A stretch of DNA of 64,000 nt from an uncultured Gemmatimonadales bacterium. Its GTDB lineage: Bacteria > Gemmatimonadota > Gemmatimonadetes > Gemmatimonadales > GWC2-71-9. Location of the stretch: contig CAWCMH010000001.1 of the NCBI GenBank assembly GCA_963796635.1, forward strand, positions 11,709 to 75,708, written 5' to 3'. The position numbers and the translations under genes were made by a program. Of the stretch, positions 40,337-49,306 are shown piece by piece (position 1 is the stretch's first letter; each line of letters starts with the position of its first letter). The notes beneath the pieces are model-generated. The model ran no database searches, had not been told where the DNA came from, and worked only from the letters and a program-made list of their open reading frames with translations.

Positions 40337-40352
40337 GTGACAGCGTTGTCAC
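40337..40352. promoter_or_regulatory. perfect palindrome GTGACA-GCGT-TGTCAC, candidate enhancer site about 100 nt upstream of the wza sigma-54 promoter
   Basis: Read directly. Position is typical for enhancer-binding-protein sites. Confidence 0.3.
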
Positions 40353-40582
40353 GGCGATGTTCTACCGGTCGCGGCAAGGACATTGCACCGGATGGCGCGC
40401 CGGACCCCGAAATCGGTGCTTCGATCGCCGGAAATTGACCGTCGGTGCCAGCTGAATCGGCCCGGCAGCTTGCGGGATTTTCGCGTGGTGGTGTGCCGAA
40501 TCGCGAGACTCCGCGCTGGCATTGAAATCGTTGCGTCGATGCCGCACTGTGACGTCGCGTCGCCACGATATGAGAGGTCACG

Positions 40583-41428
40583 TTGAGCGGAGAGTCAGTG
40601 AAGCAACCCCCGGCTGGGCCGGTCGTCCTGATCGCGAACGACCAGGAGTGGACCGCTCGCGCCATCGCCACGATCCTGACGTCGAACGGCTATCAGGTGG
40701 TGCATGGGTTCACGGCGAGAGAAACGCTCGCGCTGGCCGGTTCGACCGACCCCGACTTGGTGATCCTCGATCAGCAGCTGCCTGATTTCTCCGGTGTCGA
40801 GGTGTGTCGTCGGTTGCGGGAAGACCCCCGTTTTGGCCCGACACTGCCCGTCATCATCACGACCGCCGGTCCCTCCGGACGGCCGCAGCGACTGACCGCC
40901 TACGAGGCGGGCGCCTGGGAGTTCTACGGCCAGCCGCTCGACGCCGAGGCGTTGCTGTTCAAGATCGGCGCGTACGTGGCGTCGTATCGACAGGTTCGCG
41001 CGTTGCGGGCGCATTCGCAGGCTCGGCCGGTTGCGATCCACGAGCCGGACACGTTGCGGCTGCGCGCGACCGAGATGCTCTCACAGACGCGCCGCAACGG
41101 CGCGTCGCTGTGTTGTGTGGCATGGACCATGGCGAATGTGGACGATGCTACTGCGCTCTCGGCCGCCGTCGATGCGTTCCGCCAACATGCCCGGGCGGCC
41201 GATCTTCACGGTCAGCTCGGCCCGCGCGACCTGGTACTGGTTGCCTCGACCACCAGGACTGTCGATGCGCGGCGCATAGCCGAACGGTTTCGCGATGTGC
41301 TCGCCAGTGCGCTCGCGACGGCCGCTGCCCGGATCGATACGGCGATCGTTGCGATCGACGACGTGACGCAACTGCCCACCGACGGCGCGGCGCTGTTCGA
41401 GCGTCTGCGGCTGGCGCGCGCCGCCTGA
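40583..41428 (+). CDS. response regulator: receiver domain plus uncharacterised C-terminal domain
   Basis: VVLIANDQEW...DLVILDQQLPDFSG...LPVIITT...YGQPLD is a receiver fold. The 150-aa C-terminus has no recognisable HTH or intact GGDEF motif. TTG start as listed. Confidence 0.65.
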   Translation: MSGESVKQPPAGPVVLIANDQEWTARAIATILTSNGYQVVHGFTARETLALAGSTDPDLVILDQQLPDFSGVEVCRRLREDPRFGPTLPVIITTAGPSGRPQRLTAYEAGAWEFYGQPLDAEALLFKIGAYVASYRQVRALRAHSQARPVAIHEPDTLRLRATEMLSQTRRNGASLCCVAWTMANVDDATALSAAVDAFRQHARAADLHGQLGPRDLVLVASTTRTVDARRIAERFRDVLASALATAAARIDTAIVAIDDVTQLPTDGAALFERLRLARAA

Positions 41429-41450
41429 GGCGCGCCAGCCCGATCCGCCG

Positions 41451-43862
41451 TCAACTCGCTGGTTGTTTTGCCGGACCCAGACTCTTCGGGTCGGGACCTT
41501 CCTCGACTGCCCCGTATCCGTAACTGTATGAGTAGTACTTGTAATCGTTCATCGTCGATCGCACATCGTTGAGCACCGCGCCCACCAGTCGGATCGGAAG
41601 CTGATCGACGATCTGCAGCTTGGCTTCCGCCAGGTCGCGTTCGGTCGCTCCCGCCCGCAGCACCAGCATCAGGTTGCCGGTGAGCGTGCCCAGCACGAAC
41701 GGGTCGATTCCGGCGCCAAGCGGCGGTGAATCAATGATGATCACTTCGAACCGCTCACGCATGAGGGTGAGCAGCTCACGCATGCGCACGGTGCCGAGCA
41801 GTTCCGGGCCGTTCCGCTTGCGGCTGCCACCGGTGATCAACTGCAACCCGGGATGGGTCGTGGTGCGCAGCAACTTCTCCAGTTCGAGTTCGCCAACCAG
41901 GTAGTCGAGCAAGCCGGGGCGCCGTTCCGCACCAAAGGTGCGATGCAATTCGCCACGGCGGGTGTCGCCGTCGATCAGCAAGGTGCGATATCCCGACTCT
42001 GCAAACGACAACGCGAGATTCGAGGCCACCAGCGACTTGCCGTCGCCCGGTGACGGGCTGGAAATGGTGAGGACCACGCCGTCCTGGCTGATCGCGTGCG
42101 CCAGGTTGAGGCGCACCGTCCGGAACGACTCGATGACCTGGGCCGCCTCCTCCGCCGTGGCCTGTTCACCCTTGGCGCGCCGGATTTCCGGGATGACACC
42201 AAGAATGGTCAGGCCCAGACCGCCGCTGATCTGGTCGGCGTAGCGGACCCGCTTGTCGGTCAGGTCGAGCAGGAAGGCGAGGCCCAGACCCAGCACCAGT
42301 CCCAGCAGAGTGCCTGCTGCGATGATGCGCGGCTGGCTGTTCTTGTTGGGGAGCAGCGGCGCCACGGCCGGATCGATGACGGCCACATCGGTCGGCGCGC
42401 TCGCCTCCTGCACGCGCGCGGCGTAATACTGCTGCGTCAGCTTGCCGACGATATCCGCGTCGACCGCCTGCTCGCGTTCCAGCGAATTCTCCTCGATGGT
42501 CCGCTGCGGAATCTGTTGCAATTCCTTGCCACCGGCTTGCACTTCGGAATCCGTCTGCGCGATCATGTCGTCGAGGTTGTGGATCACGACGTTGGCGTAG
42601 AGCGGAATCGTTACGGTCTCCAGCTGCCTGACATGCGCGACGAGCCGCGGCATGTCGATGTCGCCCTTGGCGTCGACCATACTGTCGGTGTAGCGCTGCC
42701 GGTAGAGCTGGAGTTGCGCGTCCTGCTGCATCAACTCGTTGAGATAGCTCATCAACTCCGGGGACAATTTGGCCGACGGAATGGCATTGAAGAGATCCAC
42801 GGCAGGCTTGCCGGCCTTGAGCTTGGCGAGTGCGTCGGCCATGGCGTCGCGGTCGCGCTTGAGCGCTGCCAACTGGTTTCGGCGGGTCAAGAATGCCGTG
42901 TAAGCACCGGGCTGCGTCTGCGCCAGGCCTGGAGCAACCGGGAGCTCCTCGCGCGGCAACGTGATGGTCTTGACGCGGTACGACTGCAGCGCGCGCTGGT
43001 CGGCATCAAGCCGTGCCGTTGAAGCGTTCAACTGCGAGTCGAGCACCTGCGTTGCCGTGTGCAGGTTGCGGCGCTTTTCGAAGGACGTCTGCTCGACGAA
43101 CTGGGCCATCAAGTCATTCAGGACGGCGGCGGTGCGGTCGGCGTCTGAGCCTTCCAGGGTCAGGAGCATGAACCGGGGAGCCTGAAACGGCTGCAAGTCG
43201 ACAGTCAGGTGCTTCTTGATGTTGTCGGCGGCTTCGCGCGACGTGATCACCTGAAAATCAAAGGATTCGCCATACCACCGGGGCTCGATCACCGGCGCCC
43301 AGAGAAAGCCGAACGGCCGGCCCACGCTGTCGCCCACGGCACCGCGGTCGACGCGCCCGGTCTGCGTATTGGTGAATTCCCAGGTCCGCCCATCGGACGC
43401 GATCTTGAAGCGATAATCGCCCGGCACCGATTGGCTGGCCAGCTCGAAATTGTTGAACATCGCGGCCGCCGGTCCGCTCGGGCCGGGCGGCGGCGGCGGC
43501 GCGCCGATCCGCGTGGGTCCGATGATATAGAGGCGGTGTTCGAGCACCACCGGTTCGATGATCTTGTAGCTCTTGATGAAGACGTCGTACTGCTGCCCGA
43601 CAAAGGCGGAGTTTTCGTCGGGCGAGAGCTGCAGGTTGCCATTGACCACGTAGCTGGGCGGCTTGAGCCGGCTGACCACGATACCGCCGCCGATCCCCGC
43701 CAACGTCAGGAGCAACACCAGCCACCTGGCGCGCCGGATCGCCGCCAGATAACGGACCACCGGCGACGTGCGGACCCCACCGCTGGCGCCAACCAGCGGC
43801 GATGAGGCCCCCAGGGTCGGCTGTCCGGGCAGATTCTCAGGAATCGGTACAATGTTGGACAT
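41451..43862 (-). CDS. polysaccharide co-polymerase / tyrosine autokinase (Wzc/GumC-like chain-length determinant)
   Basis: Wzz-like N-terminus with TM, long coiled periplasmic region, second TM. Cytoplasmic P-loop ISSPSPGDGKSLVASNLALSFA, IIIDSPP. Tyr-rich tail DYKYYSYSYGYG. Confidence 0.85.
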   Translation of the reverse strand: MSNIVPIPENLPGQPTLGASSPLVGASGGVRTSPVVRYLAAIRRARWLVLLLTLAGIGGGIVVSRLKPPSYVVNGNLQLSPDENSAFVGQQYDVFIKSYKIIEPVVLEHRLYIIGPTRIGAPPPPPGPSGPAAAMFNNFELASQSVPGDYRFKIASDGRTWEFTNTQTGRVDRGAVGDSVGRPFGFLWAPVIEPRWYGESFDFQVITSREAADNIKKHLTVDLQPFQAPRFMLLTLEGSDADRTAAVLNDLMAQFVEQTSFEKRRNLHTATQVLDSQLNASTARLDADQRALQSYRVKTITLPREELPVAPGLAQTQPGAYTAFLTRRNQLAALKRDRDAMADALAKLKAGKPAVDLFNAIPSAKLSPELMSYLNELMQQDAQLQLYRQRYTDSMVDAKGDIDMPRLVAHVRQLETVTIPLYANVVIHNLDDMIAQTDSEVQAGGKELQQIPQRTIEENSLEREQAVDADIVGKLTQQYYAARVQEASAPTDVAVIDPAVAPLLPNKNSQPRIIAAGTLLGLVLGLGLAFLLDLTDKRVRYADQISGGLGLTILGVIPEIRRAKGEQATAEEAAQVIESFRTVRLNLAHAISQDGVVLTISSPSPGDGKSLVASNLALSFAESGYRTLLIDGDTRRGELHRTFGAERRPGLLDYLVGELELEKLLRTTTHPGLQLITGGSRKRNGPELLGTVRMRELLTLMRERFEVIIIDSPPLGAGIDPFVLGTLTGNLMLVLRAGATERDLAEAKLQIVDQLPIRLVGAVLNDVRSTMNDYKYYSYSYGYGAVEEGPDPKSLGPAKQPAS

Positions 43863-44077
43863 ATCACCCGAAGGTCATGGGTACGGCCCGCAGTGCCACA
43901 CTCGCGGATCCTTACGCAAGCATGATACCGCAGTCCGCAGCCTCAAGTCTACAGGTTGTGGCAAAGTGTGTGGCAACGACACAACGACGGATGCTGTACT
44001 TTGGACACAGCCTGAGACCTTCCGGCCACGGTTGAGGCGCTTGCTGGCCCCAAGTCGATGGACCAGCACCACAGTTT

Positions 44078-44093
44078 CGGCACGGTTTTCGCC
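44078..44093 (+). promoter_or_regulatory. weak sigma-54-like element CGGCAC-GGTTT-TCGCC upstream of the PrsR-like gene
   Basis: GG-N10-GC spacing and GGCAC are present, but the -12 half is TCGC rather than TTGC. 47 nt before ATG 44140. Confidence 0.25.
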
Positions 44094-44139
44094 TCTGGAG
44101 GCTGCTGTGGTGGCCCAACGCCCGTTCCGAGGAGCTCCA

Positions 44140-45645
44140 ATGACGGCTGTAAGTGGGACCGGACCGGAGGTCGGTTCTCAGGATTCGATGGCCAGTCGCG
44201 ATGTGCTTGCCTTGCCGCAGGACGTCAAGGCCAGCATTCGAATCCTGATCGTCGATGACGAGCGGACGTTGCGGGAAAGCTGCGCCTCGGTGTTGCGAGG
44301 TGAAGGCTACAATGTGACGCTGGCTGGCCGCGGGGAAGAGGCGCTGGAACTGGTGCGCCGGCGGCAATTCGACCTGGTCCTCGTCGACCTGTTCATGTCG
44401 CAGGTCAGCGGCCTCGAGTTGCTCAATGCTGCACTCGAAGCCAATCGCGACAGCCTGGTCGTGGTCATGACGGGCAACCCGAGTGTGGCCAGCAGCATCG
44501 AGGCGCTGCGGATGGGGGCCTGGGACTACCTCCCCAAGCCGTTCTCGGCGACCCACCTGCAGGTGCTGATCGGTCGGGCGTCGCACGCCGTGCTCAAGGG
44601 ACGGGAGGCGGCCGACCTGCGCCTGCAGGTGATGCGGCAGCATTCGCACTCCGATACCCAGGCCCTGATCGGTATTTCGCCGGCATTTCGCAAGGCCGTG
44701 GAGCTCGCGCGCAAGGTGGCGCCCACCGACGCGTCGGTGTTCATCAGCGGGGAGAGCGGTACCGGCAAGGAAGTGATTGCCCAGTTCATCCACCAGCATT
44801 CGCGGCGGGCCAAGAAGACGCTGGTGGCGCTCAACTGTGCGGCGCTCCCGGAACCGCTGCTTGAATCGGAAATGTTCGGTCACCGCAAGGGGGCCTTTAC
44901 CGGCGCCGATCGCGACAAGCCGGGCCTGCTCGAGACCGCCAACGGTGGCACGCTTTTCCTCGACGAACTCACCGAAATGTCGTTGCCGTTGCAGGCCAAG
45001 CTGTTGCGCGTGGTGCAGGACGGCGTGGTGCGCCGGGTCGGCGCCGAAACGGCGGGCGATCCGGTGGACGTGCGATTCATTTCGGCGACGAATCGTGAAC
45101 CGCAGGAAGCCGTCGAGCGTGGCTCGCTCCGCGGCGACCTGTTCTACCGCCTGCGCGTGGTACCGATCACGCTGCCGCCGCTGCGGAACCGGGTGGATGA
45201 CATCCCGCTGCTGGCGAATCATTTTCTCGGCGTGTTCTGGCATCGCCACCGGCAGATGAGCGATCGGGCGCCGCGCTTGAGCGATGCGAGTATTGAATAC
45301 CTGCGCTCGCGCCCCTGGCGCGGCAATGTGCGCGAACTGCAGAATGTGATCGAACACGTGGCCGTGCTGGTCGATCCGGAACAATCGATCGAGCCGGGTG
45401 ACATTCCGATCTATGATGACGTCGAGTCCCCGACCCAGCACCTTCCGACCGCACAGCTCGACGGTCCGTTCCACGACGTCAAGGATCAGGTGATCGCGCA
45501 GTTCGAACGCGACTACCTGACGCGGCTGGTGGCGCGCGCGGCGGGCAACATGTCGAAGGCGGCGCGGCAGGCCAACATCGATCGAACCACGCTGTATCGC
45601 CTGATGGAGAAGCACGGACTGCAGCGCGACGACCGCCGGGAATAA
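44140..45645 (+). CDS. sigma-54-dependent response regulator, PrsR-like (PEP-CTERM-locus enhancer-binding protein)
   Basis: Receiver (RILIVDDE...DLVLVDLFM). AAA+ ([22 protein letters not shown]). Fis HTH (NMSKAARQANIDRTTLYRLMEKHG). GGAG Shine-Dalgarno before ATG 44140. Confidence 0.9.
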   Translation: MTAVSGTGPEVGSQDSMASRDVLALPQDVKASIRILIVDDERTLRESCASVLRGEGYNVTLAGRGEEALELVRRRQFDLVLVDLFMSQVSGLELLNAALEANRDSLVVVMTGNPSVASSIEALRMGAWDYLPKPFSATHLQVLIGRASHAVLKGREAADLRLQVMRQHSHSDTQALIGISPAFRKAVELARKVAPTDASVFISGESGTGKEVIAQFIHQHSRRAKKTLVALNCAALPEPLLESEMFGHRKGAFTGADRDKPGLLETANGGTLFLDELTEMSLPLQAKLLRVVQDGVVRRVGAETAGDPVDVRFISATNREPQEAVERGSLRGDLFYRLRVVPITLPPLRNRVDDIPLLANHFLGVFWHRHRQMSDRAPRLSDASIEYLRSRPWRGNVRELQNVIEHVAVLVDPEQSIEPGDIPIYDDVESPTQHLPTAQLDGPFHDVKDQVIAQFERDYLTRLVARAAGNMSKAARQANIDRTTLYRLMEKHGLQRDDRRE

Positions 45646-45646
45646 C

Positions 45647-46708
45647 GTGGCTCTCGCTCCCGCTGCCCGGACGCGTCTGGCCGACGTCACCGATGGCCTG
45701 GTCGAAGACTGGCGTGTGGTGCTGGAAGACGCGATCTCGCAGGCGGAAGTCGCGGCCGGCCTGGCCGATATCGTGTCCCGGATCGAAGCGGCCGCCGCAC
45801 GCGGCGAGACCGGCGATCGCCCCGTCAGTTCCCCCTTGAGCCGTCGGCTTGTGGCGTTGGTCCGCCGACGGGTGCTCGACGCGACCGATGACGGTCCAGC
45901 CCCGGCAGACTTGCTGGCCCTGATCGTCGCGGTCGAAGCCGTCGCGGCGTCGTTCGAACCACCGTGGTCGGAGCGATTTCAGGATCGCCTCACCGGTCCG
46001 AGTGGTCTCGACCTGATTGTCGAGGTCGCGCACGACCTGCGTTCTCCGCTCACGTCGATCCTGTTCCTCGCCGAGACGATGCTGCACGGCCGCAGCGGCC
46101 CGTTGACGACTTTGCAGGAGCGGCAGCTCGGGCTGGTGTATTCGGCGGCCTTTGGACTCAACTCGGTCGCCAGCGACGTGATCGAACTCGTGCGCGGCGG
46201 CGATCGCCTGTTCGGACGCGACCAGCAACTGTTTTCGATTGCGGAAGTCCTCGAGGCAGTGCGGGACATCGTGCTGCCGATTGCCGAAGAGAAGGGTCTG
46301 GAGTTGCGGTTTCAGGGGCCGCGCGACGAGCAGCGGTACGGACATCCCGGTGCGCTCAACCGGGTGCTGCTCAACTTGACCACCAACGCGCTCAAGTTCA
46401 CGGCCGAAGGGTTCGTGGAGGTCAAGGTGGTCGAAGTCGGGGGCGACATCATCGAGTGCTCGGTGCGCGACACCGGTCGCGGCGTACCCGCCGCGGCGAT
46501 GCCGACCCTGTTCGAGCCGTTCCGTCGCCGGCAGAAGGCGGGAGACTACGCGTTTTCCGGGTCGGGCCTGGGACTGTCGATCTGCCGCAAGCTGGTCGAA
46601 GGGATGGGGTCGGAGTTGACGGTCACTACCGCGCCGGGTGAGGGAACCCAGTTCTCGTTCCGGCTGGTGATGCGTCCGCAGGATGGGGAAGGCGGCGTGT
46701 TTGTCTGA
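45647..46708 (+). CDS. soluble (no TM) sensor histidine kinase, partner of the PrsR-like regulator
   Basis: H-box VAHDLRSPLTSI, N-box LLNLTTNALKFT, G-boxes RDTGRGV and GSGLGLSICR. GTG start 1 nt after the regulator stop. Confidence 0.85.
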   Translation: MALAPAARTRLADVTDGLVEDWRVVLEDAISQAEVAAGLADIVSRIEAAAARGETGDRPVSSPLSRRLVALVRRRVLDATDDGPAPADLLALIVAVEAVAASFEPPWSERFQDRLTGPSGLDLIVEVAHDLRSPLTSILFLAETMLHGRSGPLTTLQERQLGLVYSAAFGLNSVASDVIELVRGGDRLFGRDQQLFSIAEVLEAVRDIVLPIAEEKGLELRFQGPRDEQRYGHPGALNRVLLNLTTNALKFTAEGFVEVKVVEVGGDIIECSVRDTGRGVPAAAMPTLFEPFRRRQKAGDYAFSGSGLGLSICRKLVEGMGSELTVTTAPGEGTQFSFRLVMRPQDGEGGVFV

Positions 46709-46726
46709 GGTGAGTCGCGCGGACGA

Positions 46727-48040
46727 TTACCAGGCAAATCCTTCGTAGCGCGGGTGGCCGCTCCAATCTGACGCGGGCAAACGGACCAGGTCGATCACAT
46801 GAGTGTCTTGTTCGACGCGCCCCGGCAAGTCGGCGAATTCCGGCGATCCGTTCCCGATGACGATGATATCTGCGTCGGCGATCGCCGCATCCAGCGTTGC
46901 GGTCATCAGCGACCAGAGGTCGGGGATTTCTTGCGCGATGTACTCCCGGTTGGCGCCGGTGATATTTGCTTCGTGAACGTCGCGATCATAAATAGTCAAT
47001 TGATAGCCTCGGCCCACGAGCATTTCGACCAGCGTGACCATGGGTGATTCACGGAGATCGTCCGTCCCCGACTTGAACGCCAAACCAAGAATGGTGACGC
47101 GGCGGCTCCCGGCATGCTGGATCAACTGGAATGCGCGATCGATCTGGCGCCGGTTTGACGCGAGCAGTCCGTCCAATAGCGGGGTTTCGACATCGCGCTC
47201 GCGCGCGCCGTACGCCATCGCACGCACATCCTTCGGAAGGCAGCTCCCGCCAAACGCGAAGCCCGGCCTCAAATATTTGGGTGAAATATTCAATTTGGTA
47301 TCCTCGCAGAGCAGGCGCATGACTCGTGGCTGTCGACGCCCAGGCTCTTGCACACGCTGCCGATCTCGTTGGCGAAACCGACCTTGAGCGCGTGGAACGC
47401 ATTGCACGCGTACTTCACGGATTCGGAGACGCGGATCGGGACGCTATGGACTGGTGCCGTCGCAGGATAGAGCGCTGCCACCCGATCAGCCGTGGTCGGG
47501 TCGGTCGCACCGATAATCGTGAATGGTGGATCGTCGTAGTCTTTGATCGATGTTCCCTCCCGGAGAAACTCCGGATTGCTGGCACACCGAAATCCCGATC
47601 GGCCCTTTTCCCGGACGTCCGTTCCAGCGCTGGAATCACCATGTCCTCGATGGTGCCGGGGAGCACCGTGCTCCGAATGATGACTGCGTGCCACCCGCTT
47701 TGCCGGCAAGGCGTGCACCAACGCCTTCACAGACGCGCAGGACATAGCTCAGGTCGATGTTCCCGTTGCGCCGGCTGGGCGTTCCTACGCTGATCAGAGA
47801 GATATCCGTCGAATCGATCGCATCGTCGAGATCTGTCGTCGCCCGCAGACGCCCGATACGCACCATCTCGCCGACCAATTCGTCGATGCCCTCTTCCAGA
47901 ATGGTGCTGTGACCGGCGTTGATTCGATCGACCTTCGCCTGGTTCACGTCCATCCCGACCACGACATGTCCATCGCGAGCCAAGCACGCGGCACTTACAC
48001 ACCCGACATAGCCCATTCCAAAGACGCTTACTCGATCCAT
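46727..48040 (-). pseudogene. nucleotide-sugar 6-dehydrogenase, GDP-mannose dehydrogenase (AlgD)-like; three frame changes (about 47695, 47580, 47320)
   Basis: VSVFGMGYVGC Rossmann fold. NPEFLREGTSIKDYDDPPFTIIG (AlgD-like). GFAFGGSCLPKDVRA catalytic Cys. Four colinear segments from ORFs 47636..48091, 47415..47666, 47290..47745 and 46727..47407. G+C is about 52-57% in counted lines. Confidence 0.8.
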
Positions 48041-48074
48041 GACCAGATTCCTCGCGGGGTCGATGTCGCCTCGA

Positions 48075-48090
48075 TGGCGTGCAACTTGCA
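48075..48090 (+). promoter_or_regulatory. sigma-54 (-24/-12) promoter candidate TGGCGT-GCAAC-TTGCA for the GT4-wecB operon
   Basis: Exact TGGC..N7..TTGCA. Followed by GGGAGG (48106-48111) and ATG 48119. Intergenic, correct strand. Confidence 0.55.
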
Positions 48091-48118
48091 TGCCGGTCGG
48101 CGTTCGGGAGGATCGTCA

Positions 48119-49306
48119 ATGCGGGTGCTGTGGCTCAAGTACGGGCAGATACTGCCGGTCGATACCGGCGGCAAGCTTCGGTCGTTATCGTTGCTCCAGG
48201 AGCTGCAGGAACGTGTTGAGCTCACGTTCGTCTGTTACGACCGTGATTTGCCCGCCGAGTACGGTCCTTCGATTTCCGCACTGTTGCCAGGCACCCACGT
48301 GTACTCCGTGGCAGACATTCCCAGCTGGCGCCACACCGATTTGCGATCCGCCGTCCGGAGCGTGGCCGGCCATGCGCCACTCCACGTCACGCGATTCACG
48401 TCGACTGAAGCACGCAACCGATTGACCGAGTTGGTGGAACGTACGCAGTTTGATGTCGGGATTTGTGATTTCTTGACACCGACGGGTGTGTTCCCTTCAC
48501 GGCTTTCGAAACCGACAGTGCTATTCGAGCATAACGTTGAGTGGTCGCTATGGCGGCGCCGCACGGAAACGGTGAACGGAATCCGTCGAGCGGTTTACGC
48601 GCGTGAGACGCGGCTGACCCGATCGTACGAGAGAAGAATGCTCCGGCGATTCGATGCCACCGTCGCCGTGAGTGCGATTGACCGCGACTGCTTGCTACAA
48701 CTGGAGCCGACCGCTTCGATCCATGTTGTGCCGACTGGCGTTGATGTCGCTGGACTGGCCCCAATCGAATCGTGCCCGCGGGCTCCGCGTCTTGTATTGT
48801 TCGTAGGTTCGCTGCATTGGCAGCCGAACGTCGACGGCATGCATTGGTTTCTCGATCATGTCTGGCCACGGGTTCGTGTCGCCGTTCCCGATGCGATCTT
48901 CCGCATCGCGGACGACGCCCTCCGGCCGATATCCTCCCCGCGCAGGCGCCGACATCGAGATCTGGGGACGTGCCCTCGGTGCGTCCCCATTTGCACGCGG
49001 CCGCGATATCGTGGTTCCCCTGCGAGCTGGAGGCGGGACACGCCTCAGGATTTATGAAGCCATGGCGGCAGGCGCGCCGATCGTTTCGACGTCAGTTGGC
49101 GCAGAGGGACTCGACGTGACGGCTGATGAGGATATCGTGCTCGCGGACGACGCTGGATCGATCGCCGTGGCGGTGTCCATGCTGCGCCAGCCGACGCTTG
49201 CCGCGGATGCGACTCCGCCTGTCGGACAGCATGCGCGGCGACAGTGGAGAAGGGCAGGAAACTTGAACAAATGCTCAATCAGATCGAGGCCCAGCGCTTG
49301 CATGAA
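48119..49306 (+). pseudogene. GT4-family glycosyltransferase, at least 6 frame changes concentrated in 48900-49300
   Basis: MRVLWLKYGQILPVDTGGKLRS...LVLFVGSLHWQPNVDGMHWF is intact to about 48900. Then short alternating-frame pieces: GRRPPADIL, RAGADIEIWG, DVPSVRPHLHAAAIS, VVPLRAGGGTRLRIYEAMAAGAPIVSTSVGAEGL, KLEQMLNQIEAQRL. The predicted stop overlaps the wecB ATG (ATGA). G+C is about 47-55% in counted lines. Confidence 0.65.

Noticed and set aside
40517-40534. TGGCAT-N8-TTGC upstream of the response regulator 40583
   Set aside because: The spacer is 3 nt too long for sigma-54, which tolerates essentially no spacing change.
43893-43898. Exact TGGCAC (minus strand) 30 nt upstream of the wzc start
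   Set aside because: There is no GC/TTGC at the -12 position (the sequence reads GCCGT one to two nt out of register), and the leader would be too short.
43912-45690. 592-aa minus-strand ORF covering the PrsR-like gene. Similar long shadows at 50568..51863, 52645..54522, 22921..24381, 25350..26822, 9597..11018, 2911..3978, 61264..62655
   Set aside because: All are antisense to genes with clear family motifs. Their translations are Arg/Pro/Gly-rich with no motifs. High GC suppresses stop codons in non-coding frames.
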